Shown: positions 1 to 38,226 of the stretch, in pieces
Layout: every line of letters starts with the position of its first letter
Numbering within the stretch: the first letter of the stretch is position 1
NCBI RefSeq assembly: GCF_003704095.1
Contig: NW_020844518.1
Location: 124,001-188,000 of the forward strand
Direction of reading: 5' to 3'
DNA: 64,000 nucleotides
Source: Pocillopora damicornis
Taxonomy: Eukaryota
Made by a program: the position numbers and the translations under genes
Notes under the pieces: model-generated
The model's input: only the letters and a program-made list of their open reading frames with translations
Database searches by the model: none
Told to the model about the DNA's origin: nothing

Positions 1-15913
<15,913 letters not shown>

Positions 15914-16247
15914 TTTGTTTAGGAGTCCATCTTCTCTTCATGGCGTTTTTTAGATCGATGTCTCCTGAAACATACAGCCTCTAGTTTAACAAACATTGGA
16001 TGTTCAAAGTTCGATGACGATTTCTGAAGAATATCGAAGGGCCAGTTCACAGGTGCGACAGATTTTCCGTGATAAATTAATCTAGCGTTTCCATTCGCTC
16101 AGTTTCTAGCAATATACAGGATATTCCTTCAGTGTATCGTAGCAATAACAAAATGTAGCACCAAAAAGATTCGAAGATCATACAAAAACTTCTTGAACAA
16201 CTAGAAAAATATAAAATTTTGACTGTAAGAGGAAGCTTCAAATTTTG

Positions 16248-16346
16248 ACGCATGCGTTCGAGGCATAAACAGTGGAGTGACTCTGTCTCCACCAATCACA
16301 TGTTGGACTGCGAAAACACACTGCTTCCTTTTTACTCTATTTCCGG
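16248..16346 (-). promoter_or_regulatory. Candidate housekeeping-type promoter elements of furry
   Basis: Palindrome ACGCATGCGT (NRF1-like, 16248-16257), CCAAT (16292-16296) and ETS-like CCGGAAAT on the minus strand (~16339-16346), 330-430 nt upstream of the ATG. Short motifs only. Confidence 0.3.
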
Positions 16347-16421
16347 TTCATTTCATTCGCAAGTTAAGAGCGCTTTACACATTTCAAGTACCATTATGTT
16401 TGTACAGCAGTTTCTATGCGA

Positions 16422-17256
16422 TTTTCAAATCAAAAACATATATTCTAGCTTAAAACACGACTGAATGAATATGTCTCCAGAAGAATCAGAAGACAAGTTA
16501 TCGTTCACTAATTTTGAAGCATAAAGCACTTTGGTTGGCCTTGCGTAATATCCATTTTAAGCTTGGTTCCTACTTGTGATCAATGTCACGCCCCGTTTGA
16601 ACTGTCAGGGGTTAAAATGCGGCTTCAAACGTTTTATTTTGTTATAGATTGCGATGAAAGTAAGCTGAAATGAAATGTAAAATATTGCCACTTCATCGAA
16701 GCGTTTCACTTCTTTTGTATGTGAAAATCTTTTGAATTTGATCAAATGTGGCGTTACTTGCGTTACTTCAGCATTTGATCAACCAAGACACGCGCTCAGC
16801 GATGAATTTATTTGTTTTTGTCATTTGCATGCGTTCCTTATAAGGCAGATACGACAGTCAACCGCTGAAAATTAGCAAAACGTTATGGTTGTTCTGTTGT
16901 ATCTAGGCTATTTTTCAAATCAAAAAACATGTATTCTAGCTTAAACAACGACCAAATGAATGACACTTCAGAAGAATCGGAACACAACTCATCCGTCTCT
17001 GATTTCAAGAAAATCGGTTGACCTTGTGTCATGTCTTTTTTAAGTTTAGTTCCTAGTTGTGATCAATATTGCAATCACGTTTGAACCGTCAGAAGTTAAA
17101 TACGGCTTCAAATATTTTATTTTGCATTAATCACAATTAACATAAGCTGAAATGCAGTGTAAAATATTACTTCTTCATCGAAGCGACACGCTCTTTTGTG
17201 TTTGAAAATCTTTTGAATTTGATCAAAGGGGCTTTACTCGCGTGATTTTAGTATTT
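16422..17256. repeat. Diverged ~350-bp direct duplication (16422-16776 and 16912-17256)
   Basis: Collinear shared blocks TTTTCAAATCAAAAAC, TATTCTAGCTTAAA, GTTCCTA.TTGTGATCAAT, CGGCTTCAAA, TAAGCTGAAATG, CTTCATCGAAGCG and GAAAATCTTTTGAATTTGATCAAA. Confidence 0.85.
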
Positions 17257-19275
17257 CCTTTTTCATTTGTAAGCTTCCTCAGGAGGCAGAAACGGGACAA
17301 CAATACTGAAAATTAGAAAAACGTGTTTTATCCATCCACTTCGTAGTTACCATAGCATGAAAAATATTTTGCTTTGATATCGCAGACGAGTGACAACCTT
17401 GTCGTAGCTCTTCCGGAGCGTGGCACGAGGTTCGCCATTTCTTGTATATATATTTTTTTTCACGAACGGTGCCAATTGTAAACAACAGTACAGTTAAACT
17501 TCCTTGATAAAAAAAATTGTATATCATTCGATAACGAGCTTTAAATTGAAAAGATATTCGCAAATAAGTCACATTCGAAAAATGTACTTTGAGTACTTCT
17601 CTTACACTTGTAACAATACTTTCATTCGACGTCAGCAAATCGGCGATTTCAAATATTACACGCCGATTCATAACAGCTACAGTGCAAAGCTACAGTCACG
17701 AAAAAATGTTAACGTACACAAGTGAGAGGGTTTGCCCATGCCGTCTTGACAAGTCGCATCAAGTTCACGATATCCTTCCCTCAACGAGAGACGTAAATCG
17801 ATCAAATGTGCTTTTAAAAAGTTTTTAACAGGAGGGAACCTGTAACTTGAAATACCGAATTTAGACTTTGGTCGAAAAATGTATACACGTCATGTATCTC
17901 ATAAAGTGAGTCTTTCAGTCAAGAGTTTCTATAAGCTAGGCCATAGCAACTTGCTACCTAATAATTAATAAGCGGAGGAAAAGGTATTAAGTAATTAAAC
18001 TTGTACAATTGTCTATTATTCTTCTCGTGGCCGTTTTGGTCTGATTTCTTTTTCGTTCAGATGCAGTATTTCCCTTTGTTTTGCCCCTGACAATAATAAT
18101 TCATATCAACGGTTGGCGAGGGCATTTTAGACAATTTGATTTGTACGTAAGTGCTATTTCCGTTCAAACTTAAAAGTCTTGACCTTATGTGGGAATGTTT
18201 GTTACCCAAACAAATTGCTGCTAATGGCAAGTGACGTCATTCGAGGAAAAATTGACATCAGGAGCCAAAACAGGAAGGATGTGCGTTGTATTGAACGCTA
18301 CCTGAGAAACACACGTTTGCGGAGATAGAACAGGAATAGGCGAAAAGAAATCCAACTTTCAGTGGTATTGTACTAGAATAACTAGAGGACTTGTAGCAAA
18401 GGAAACGAGAAAGAAAATACGGCCAGTATTCGTAGGATCTGTAAAAGATCTGAAAATCTTTGTATGTAGAGCCCCAAACGTATTGGCTTCAGTGGTCTTT
18501 TGAAAGGCTAATTATTTCCCCTTTGCATGTCTTTGGCTGGGTAACCAAAACTGAGCCGATTGTTGCATTGGCTAACTAGCCTTACGAATTTAAAAATGCA
18601 TTGCAAAATTAACACTGTCAAGGAGTTTCTTNNNNNNNNNNNNNNNNNNNNNNNNNNNNNNNNNNNNNNNNNNNNNNNNNNNNNNNNNNNNNNNNNNNNN
18701 NNNNNNNNNNNNNNNNNNNNNNNNNNNNNNNNNNNNNNNNNNNNNNNNNNNNNNNNNNNNNNNNNNNNNNNNNNNNNNNNNNNNNNNNNNNNNNNNNNNN
18801 NNNNNNNNNNNNNNNNNNNNNNNNNNNNNNNNNNNNNNNNNNNNNNNNNNNNNNNNNNNNNNNNNNNNNNNNNNNNNNNNNNNNNNNNNNNNNNNNNNNN
18901 NNNNNNNNNNNNNNNNNNNNNNNNNNNNNNNNNNNNNNNNNNNNNNNNNNNNNNNNNNNNNNNNNNNNNNNNNNNNNNNNNNNNNNNNNNNNNNNNNNNN
19001 NNNNNNNNNNNNNNNNNNNNNNNNNNNNNNNNNNNNNNNNNNNNNNNNNNNNNNNNNNNNNNNNNNNNNNNNNNNNNNNNNNNNNNNNNNNNNNNNNNNN
19101 NNNNNNNNNNNNNNTCATATTCGGAGAATTATAGGACATTATATGCATGTAAAGTAAAGGACATAATATGTATTGGGGATGATAATTCCCCCTACAGAAC
19201 GTACTTACCCACATTTCACAATACTCCTCTGACTGTGTACATAGAAATACGTTTTCATGGAGGGTTGCTCATTAA

Positions 19276-19486
19276 TTAACTCTTTAACTCCCAAGATCTG
19301 ATTGTTAATCTCCCTTCTGGCTGCTACACGTTTCCTTGTAAATTAATTACAAGAATGTGGAGTAAGATGGAAATAACAACTTTTACCTGATAAGTTTGAG
19401 TTTTCTCATTACCTGCTTGCTGGATAATGTATGGATATTATAGGGAGACGTTACATGCTAATCACTTCCGGGAGTTAAAGGTTTTA
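19276..19486. mobile_element. TTAA-type MITE, second subfamily
   Basis: TTAACTCTTTAACTCCC...GGGAGTTAAAGGTTTTA; an inverted relative lies at ~46040-46252. Confidence 0.75.
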
Positions 19487-20209
19487 TGGCAAAGAACACC
19501 ACATGTTATATTCACACACGAACTCACTTTATTGATAAAAGAAGTACAGGAATGAAAACATTCAAATTTTTAAAGATTTTATAGCTTTAAAATCACACAA
19601 ATTTTTCCTTATCAAATTCAGAGAAAAAAAGAGAAAAATGATGACCATTGTTGGCGAAAAATACACGGTCTTGTTCTCCACCAAAAGCGTTTTGAGAGAA
19701 GATTTAACTTCATTGCATTTAAGATTGAAACAAAAAAATCAAATTCCAACCCCCTAAAAATATCATTAACATATTTGCGGGCTTAGAAGAAGACAGTCAA
19801 TACCGAAATTTTATGAAATTGATTCAACGGCAATACTATGAGAAAACGGAACTTCAACTGACGTCATAAAAAATTAATAAGTATACCCTATGCATGCTTT
19901 ATTACCCCCTAACTTCATGTGCTAAACTGAATTCTTCTGATCTACGTCGCCAAACAGCATCTAAACTAACATGTGAAAATAAAAGTTACTGAATTACTCA
20001 AATAAGTGGGTGAGTGATAATGAGCCAAGGAACGCTGGAAACCAAGAAGGGAGCTGTAGCTTATTACTTTTAGAGTATGACAATTTTGTATTCACAGTAC
20101 TCAACAGCTTCAGGCTCAAATCAGATCAACATTTCTCAAAACCCTACAGTTCACGGCGTTCTTGATATCATGAAGTCCTCCGCACGTTACTCTCCTCTCC
20201 ATCTAAAAA

Positions 20210-30378
<10,169 letters not shown>

Positions 30379-31814
30379 CCTCTGGGTACTTAAAATCTAT
30401 TAAAACAACAAACACAAACATATTAATCTCGATCCAACAAATTCACTAGGAATTACGCTCCGACCCTTCTTGTTTCATTGGTTTTTCCCAACCCAAAGGC
30501 AAATCTAAATGAGTATTACTTCTTTAAGGCCAGTTAGCGAACCCTGACGCAATGTGTATCCTAACATTGCCCCTTTAGTCGAATAACGTTTTCAGTCGTC
30601 TACTCAGGAAAACTCGTTTCCGGTACTGTAGAGATATTTTCTATTCAAAGGAAATATTCTAATCGCCGATTATACTATAACAGCTTTAGTATTGAATTAG
30701 TTAGCGTGTGCACTAGGTTGAAAAAAAATTGTTCTGTTCTGCAAAATATCTTGACAAATTTTGTTTCCACCAAATTTTGAATTTGGCAATCGCGTACACA
30801 CCTGAAAACACCCGTATATTTTTAAAATAACCACATGGTGTCAATCACGTTGAAATGAAAATTATCCTCTAGGTTCCGTTTGCAGGAAAATGCATGTTTA
30901 TCGCACCTCGAACGCCGCGAAAAATTAGATATTTTTGCGGGCTTCGTCTACCTGAAGGCATCAAATTAATTTACTTGAGTGATCGCACGACAATTTCATT
31001 CACATCAACGCCTCCATATGTAAAAAAATATACCAGCTCCGAGGTAGGACGAAGTCGACTTAAATGCTTGGTACGGCTCGATAAAAGTTTGGTAGAAAAA
31101 AAAGAAAACTGCGCGCTCTTAAAGACCAAAACTGAAGACAAATATATCTGCATAATTTTTGCAATAAACAAAACTGGCGTAGTGCGTTCGGGCCCTTATT
31201 CAGCTCATATGCAATTTGTGCAGAAGAAACAAATTTTATCTTTGACGGAGAACAACGGGTGTCAGTGGACATGCACTCTCATGAATAAACATGCATAGCT
31301 TCAAATTATGTTTGAAAGCACAACAGTCCTCATTCCATTGTAAGATGGATTAAAGAGTCGGGAAGAATTCAGTAGGGGAGGGAAATTTACTACACTGAAA
31401 AGAAAGAAACAACGCTTAAGGCCTTACTCATTCTCATTTTAGATATTTGTGACCAACATCTTGCTTGAAAGAAATTTCCAAAGAAAATTAATCGTACGGA
31501 GGTCGGTCGAAGGCATCCCAAAATATTACCAGACTTACCTTAATCAATTGAATGTAATTACTTGCATTTGAATTTTTTTGTTAAGAACTTCGATGCACAT
31601 GTTTAGTTTTCAATCGAAAGGTTTTGGTAAAGCGTTTCCTTCAACGAAGAATGTGAACGCGCGACCTGATGTAAGACACATTTTGAAGAATTTTCCGGCC
31701 ACCGAATGTTTACGTAGATTTGAGGGCAGATGGGACAACGTTTCTCTCGATCGATCTGAAATGCAACTCAAATTGATGTAACTGTATGCGAAACGAAAGA
31801 GTATGTGATCGAAG

Positions 31815-32198
31815 ACGCGCCAAAACTCCCTTCACTTATGGACAACTGTGAATTTTCGCCTTTTTATATTGCCCTTTCAAACAGCAGTAACAAAACCAAC
31901 AGACTGGTTATCAGTTGTGGAAGATTCCGAAATCCTTCGCGCTCAATCAGAGCGTCTCAAAATGAAAATAACCAATATACTAGTTGATTGAACCAATATA
32001 CAACTCGAATTAACATAAGTAAATTCGACAGAGAAGTGAACATGTTTTAGGCCACGCCAAGACCCCATCATATATGGACAATTCTTGACTTTTCTTTTCT
32101 TTTCATGACCCTTTCAAACAGCAGTAACAAAACCAACCGACCGATATCAGTGGTGGAAGATGCTTGGGTCTTTTGTGCCTATTCAAAGCGTCTCAAAG
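31815..32198. repeat. Diverged ~150-bp direct repeat pair, period ~236 bp
   Basis: ATGGACAA...CCCTTTCAAACAGCAGTAACAAAACCAAC...ATCAGT.GTGGAAGAT...AGCGTCTCAAA occurs at ~31815-31962 and ~32050-32198. Confidence 0.8.
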
Positions 32199-34323
32199 TA
32201 ACTTAGCTAAACTGGATTTTCACACGCAAACTTTTCACTTTCCGACCCATTTTAACTTTGCAATGGAAGTTACGAAGAACACAATATTTTCGCTCTAGAA
32301 CATTGTTTTTTTTCAATTTTGTCATCCTACAATTGCATTTTGCACGAAAATCTGTGATCAGTTCTTCCCTCTAGATTTTGTCTTTCCTGGCGAAAAGAGG
32401 GCGAATCAGAATTTTTCTTTGTCGGAAGTAAGTGACAAGAGGAAAGAATACCTTTCTCTAAAAAGATGGATGTATTATAATAATCGCATGCAGTAACTTA
32501 CCACCAAGTCACTAAAACTGAACACGCGCACGATGGAAATGCTCCACAATTTTAGATCTTTGCTAAATTGAGATTAAAAATTAAGATATCTCTTTATTCT
32601 GCTTACTGCTTTCCCAAGGGGAAATAAAGCTCTCAGGAAGAATTGCGAGTATTGAATGAAAGGCAATCGATCAACAGCACAATGGTCATTTCTAAGCCAC
32701 CAACTATTGTAATGAGCTTAGTGCAAAAGATTCTGCAAGAATTAGTGGTTATATTGAGTTAGTCAAATATTGTTATGCATGAGGTTGACAAACGCCATAG
32801 ACAAATTCTCATACGAGGGCCGTAAGTGATGACGCGAACAGGGTCAGGAAAAGAAAATGGGATTCCATGGGAGACCCGCTTAACGAAGAAAGAAAATGTA
32901 AGTAGTGGAGAGGTAAAATGAAAAGGTGCTTAAGGACTGATAATATAGGTCGGGCCGGACGGGAAAATAGTAGTCCTTGACCTCGTGCCAATTATTCTTC
33001 CTCCGTGCAAGTACGAACATGCACCTATTAAAGAACATAATATGTTAAACTGCAAAGCCTGCAAACAATGAAAATGTTAACAATAATCTATTGTTAGTAG
33101 CTATCCAAACGAAATTAATCAGCTGCACGTGTGAGCGTCTTTCGGCAAGAATACGTTTAAGAGCCATTTTCTCCTTAGGTAATACAAGTAATCTCAAAGA
33201 GAGACATTGACGAGTAATTGCTTTTATGTTTTAAACTGAGTCAGACAAAGAAAATTTTTAAAATGCCTGCATATTATAGCATCTAAATTCGATTTAGCCT
33301 TTGTTAGAGTGGAAGAACTCATTCTCGTCTTGAATCTGCACGTTTACTGGCGCTTTTAATGTTACGGGAGACCATTGTGATGAAATGGTTTGGAGACGCT
33401 GCGAACTTTCCAGAAAAACTGACAGAATAGAGGAGGGGGGAGGAGGAGGGGGGCGGGGTTAGTCTGCGTTGACCTGAGCATCCCATCCAAGGGAAATCAG
33501 TAATTGTGCTACAGAAACCGGGATAAACTACAGTTGTTAGGGCAACTGCACCGGTTTGAGTACAGTCTTAACCTAATCTTGTAACTAGACCTTCAACAAC
33601 CAAGCAGTTGTAAGGTCCTACACTTCAGAGACAGTTACATGGCAGGATCTGGGTATTAGATAAACCTTATCTTTTTTTGTGTGTGAGACACTCAATGGTC
33701 AGTCGAAAGGAGAGTGTTTGCGCCCTATTATGGTCTAGTCGTGAAGAAAGCTTTCTCCTTTAGTTTCTTTTGTGTTTCACTCAGCCTCCGAGCTCTCAAA
33801 GTTGTGAAAGACTTACAATCAAATCGCGAAAATTTCTAGCGAAGTGTGAAGGTGTTTTCTTTGTGAAAAGAGGGTTAAGCATGATGATGTTACATCCATT
33901 GACGTAACCGCTCGCAGTATAATTAGCGTTATAACAACAACAGTTTTTTTATTATTATTATCTCTAGGAGTATTATGGTAGGTAAATTCGTTATAGTTTT
34001 TCTTTAACAACCAATAGCCGAGAACCAATTAATTATTTCATTTTTTCGTCAACGTTACACAAACGTTTCCGAAAAGAAACAGATAACCTCTAAAATAATG
34101 ATTACAATGTCAACAAGCACATGCTAATCTCAGGTAATACGTCGGTTTCGCGACAATTTTCCTCCGATACAAGCCTCTCTGAACCTCTTCCCGTCCAGAA
34201 AGCTCGCAAAAGGAGTGTCTTTCATCGATAAAGACCGAAGCCCAGAGAGGCAGCTTCATGGTAAGGAAAGGCTGTGACATAAATTTAAAAATGATTAGAT
34301 CTCTTCCCAACGAATCATCTGGC

Positions 34324-34395
34324 TCCCATATGGTCTAGCGGTTAGGATTCCTGGCTTTCACCCAGGCGTCCCGGGTTCGACTCCCGGTATGGGAA
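34324..34395 (+). tRNA. tRNA-Glu (anticodon TTC)
   Basis: TCCCATA...TATGGGA-A acceptor stem, A box TGGTCTAGCGG, anticodon arm CCTGG-CTTTCAC-CCAGG, T arm CCGGG-TTCGACT-CCCGG, and a TTTT Pol III terminator ~12 nt downstream. Confidence 0.97.
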
Positions 34396-34979
34396 AGTTG
34401 ACTCTTCTTTTATTTCCTTCTTCGTGTCGTTCACTGTCTATCTGTTCGAAGAATTTTTCCATATCATTTTGTCGTATTAAGACACTAACGCGTTATTGAC
34501 CCCGCGGGGCAATGTGATGTCTAAACATGGGGGTGTAAACGTTATTCACACATACAGTTTAGAGGGTCATGTAAGTGATTCAATCTTGTAGACCAAAGTA
34601 CGGCCAGGGCTGAAACTACATATCTAGTAGGAGATAAAATTTGTTTGCTTGTAGTGACCCCTGATGTAAAAAAAGGGAAAAATATTCTAATCTGTAACAT
34701 TTTTAGGCCTCTCACGCTCACAAATCGATAACTGATGGCCACATCGCTGATGCACTAAAATTCCGGTAAGTTTGATGTCATTGCTGTCACTATTGATGGC
34801 ACTGGTGATAACCAATGGTGATGCCGGTGCCACAATTGTTAGCGTTGAAGTTGCGAGCAATTTCATAACATCACTGCTGCCAATTTCGATGCCACTGCGA
34901 TCAGTTGTATTATTTTCAACGCTGGCGCATGAAACATCAATATAATTGGTGTCATTTCTCGTGCCGTTTACATTATCGT

Positions 34980-36854
34980 TCAATGCACTACCACGAATCT
35001 GGAATCAGTTGCATTATTGTCGACGCTGGTACATGGAATGTTGATATCACTGGTATCATTTCTAATGCCGTTTGCACTATTATCCATTACACTTCCGTTA
35101 TTTTCATTGCCTTCGCCATCATTGATTGCTGATTGAGTGCCGATTTCCCCACTACCTGTGTCAATAACATCAAAATTGCTGACATCGCTGTCAAAGCCAT
35201 TGCAAGAAATACGACTTTCATTAGTATCATTACCGGTACCGTCGCCTTCATTTTCAGTTTGGCTATTGCCATGATTATTTCCGATGCTGTTACCATTTTG
35301 GGTGCAATCATTCTCAACGTCATTGCCGTCATTGTGGAGACCAATACCAAGACTGTTGATGTCACTGCCATCATACTCAGTGTCATTAGCATAATTTTCA
35401 GTGCTGCTTATATTATCTTCAGAGTTATTGTATGTAATATCAATGCCACTGGCATCAATGCCGATGCCAGTTCCGTAATTGTCAATGCCATTGTCATTGC
35501 GAGTAATTGGGAAACAGTTATCAGTTGCATATCCTCTGTCATTGCCTGGATATGGTGGGGGAGGTTCCCCAATGTATGACAAATATGATGTTTCAATATG
35601 CACCTGTAGCGGCGCGGTGCGTCCTGGGAAAGTGGTCGAAACGAATCCTGGGTAGTGTTCGCGAGAGGCTCTGGCAGAGTGTTGCATGCTGGGTATGTTC
35701 ACTGTCATTGCTGTTGTATGCTCTTGCCGCTGGCCGCCAAAAATATATTTTCGATCTTTGCAGCACAAGACTAAGAAGATCAGCCCACCAACGACGAAAA
35801 CCGCGAGAAAAAAGAAGCCAATGAATGAACTGGCGTTGAACGCTGAAAATTGAAAAACAGAGTGTCAACTTAAAATTTTTGATAAATCTAATAAGTATTA
35901 AGATCTTCATCTGACTTAAGTAGTCAGCCAGCAACGAAAAGAAAGAAATTAACATCTTGCTGAAGTTTTGTATGTTATATACTCTCGTTTCAAAAATTAA
36001 TTGATGTCATCAGTTGCGATAAAAATATATAACATTTTCGTACTCCTTGTTCATCTGTCTGTCCGTCTTTTTGTCTGTCTGTCTTTCTGTGTGTCTGTGT
36101 GTCGGTGTGTCTGTCTGTCTGTCCTTCTTTCTGTTTGTCTTTCTGTCTGTCTATCCGTCTTTACTTGTCTCACTCATGTCTGCGAGAGATATTTTAATTG
36201 TCTATGTCCTAAACTTTTTTTATCGTTGTCTCGTTTTGGTTTGGTCTTGATCTAAGCGTCATATATAATTGCATAAAAAATTGAACCAGGTAAAGAAAAC
36301 CTTGAGCTGAAAATCTTTTTTACACTGTGGCTAAATTACCTTCCACCTTCTGAAGGAGAGACAGCAAGACTGTGAAGGAAAGCATATAAAGCATAAACTA
36401 CAATATATTCTTAAGTTCTGATACAAATATTGTTATGATCTTCACTTAGTCGAATGACAATAATTTTTTTCTGAACATAAACTGCATTATTTTCATTTAA
36501 GAGTTTATTATTTCTTTACGTTTATGACTACTGAGCTAACTCATCTTCCTTGCTAAAGTAGAGATTTTAAACGTAAATGTCGTGGTATCAGACAGATCTT
36601 TTCCTGAGAAAAAAATAGGTTCCAGACGTTTTAAACGGTCATCACATGCCTCCGTTTCCCCATTATCCCTCAATGAAGCAAGAAATGTGATTGAAAGTGG
36701 AAAGTAATAACTTGTGACGGATGGATGTGTGGAAGGAAAAAGATAATTGCTTAAAACAACCGAACGATCCAGCTTGCCTTTACGTGAATACTTTCATGAT
36801 TTCAAGCAAACGTAGATCTCACTTACCTATAAAGACATAAAAACAGGTCTTCAT
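34980..36854 (-). CDS. Array gene A: signal peptide, almost no ectodomain, TM helix, PPxY motif and long D/N/G/S-rich tail (~306 aa)
   Basis: Exons 36827-36854, 36340-36369 and 34980-35842 (phase 1/1) give MKTCFYVFIVLLSLLQKVEA-FNASSFIGFFFLAVFVVGGLIFLVLCCKDRK...IGEPPPPYPGNDRG... Confidence 0.75.
36048..36170. repeat. Degenerate (CTGT)n microsatellite in an intron of gene A
   Basis: Run of tctgtctgtc-type units. Other simple repeats: (GTT)n ~28925-28952 and (GAC/AAC)n ~43117-43160. Confidence 0.9.
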
Positions 36855-38226
36855 TTTTCAAACAATAACTAAATTTTCCTTTTAAAATATACTGACAGAA
36901 AAAAGTTTCTGTGTTACTCCCCACCGAAGTTTCTTAGGAATTTATCCAATAATAATGAAAATACAGAAAACCGAACTAATTACCCGAATGTTAGGCAACT
37001 GTTGTGCTATTAACTGCTTTGTTTTGGTGTTTTTATCACAAAGTTTATATTACCTTGGACACGTATTGGGCAGAAGTCCCCAATAACACCGTTACACTCA
37101 TTTGCTGGCCACACACATGAATTATTAAGTGTGATTTGTTGTTTCCAATTCAAAACAAAAGTGAACCATTCTTTAGGAGTGAGATAAAGAAAGCCTTGAC
37201 TAAACATTTTCTGTTGCGAATCGACGGAGTTGGCTTTGAAACCAAAGCGGTATCCGAAAGAGGATAGGTTCTTTTATTTTAATATTTATTACTGTCCTTC
37301 TTTTGTCGAGAAATATACGCTGTAATTAACGAGTGCGATGCATTGTAAGTTTTAATATTTTTTCTTTGTATACTTATATTTCCACAGTGTTGAAGCTCTA
37401 ACCGACTACAGAGATACAGGTTATGCAACACTACCCCTCCCCCCTGAAAAAATCTATTGACTCCAAATCTTCACTACAGCAACAATTGAATATTCTACGA
37501 CTGAATGCAGAATTAAATAATGTCCCGCAACTTAAGTTAAAAAGTAGACATCAGAATCTCAGTTCTAATGTTGAAACAAGTACGATACTATTTGTAATTG
37601 TAAGGAAATATTTTTGACTAAGAGTAATAATAACTCAGGATTGAAAATATATCCAGAAATCGTTCAATCACATGATTCAAGCATTAATCACAGTTTTTTT
37701 GTGTCAGTTGATTGTTCTGTCTAGCAGCGTGGATCTTCAGCGTAACGCTGTCACGCATTCTTGTCAACAGCAGTAGCAAAACATTGGCGAAACCGGTTGA
37801 CGTGTTCACCCTAGTAATATTTGCATTAATTGTCACATGCAGCAGCAGTTATCACGTAACAAGCTAAGGATGCAAGTACCTTCGCAAAATCCGTCGATTA
37901 TCATTAATTAAACTTACATTTACATTTAATTAAGCCCTAGTGAGTAAAACTGATTTTTAACAAAGTTCCTAGTTCTCGTTTGTTCATGAAAGTTTATAGA
38001 TGGAATATTCAAAAATAGCTCAGCCGTCGGTCAAGTTTGAGTAGTCAACTACTTGGGATACAACTTTGGAATCCGTCGTCATAAAATTAATGTTGTTTTT
38101 CTAGACTAAATCAATTAATTACAACCCGCTGGATGATCACTTCTCAGAGCTGGTTGCTAACAGTCATTGCGAGGTATAACCACTTCCTGCTTCATTAAAA
38201 AACGATTTAAAATGAAAAGGTCTCTT

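Noticed and set aside
18560-19279. Long ORFs spanning N runs (also 10386-10772, 27571-27819, 48134-48899, 57234-57473)
   Set aside because: They stay open only because of assembly gaps.
34905-35824. Several overlapping and antisense ORFs over the D/N-rich region
   Set aside because: They are by-products of RNY-biased low-complexity codons; only the frame continuous with the TM and PPxY exon has splice support.
36001-36255. Hydrophobic Cys/Leu/Ser/Val ORFs resembling membrane peptides
   Set aside because: They are translations of the (CTGT)n microsatellite.
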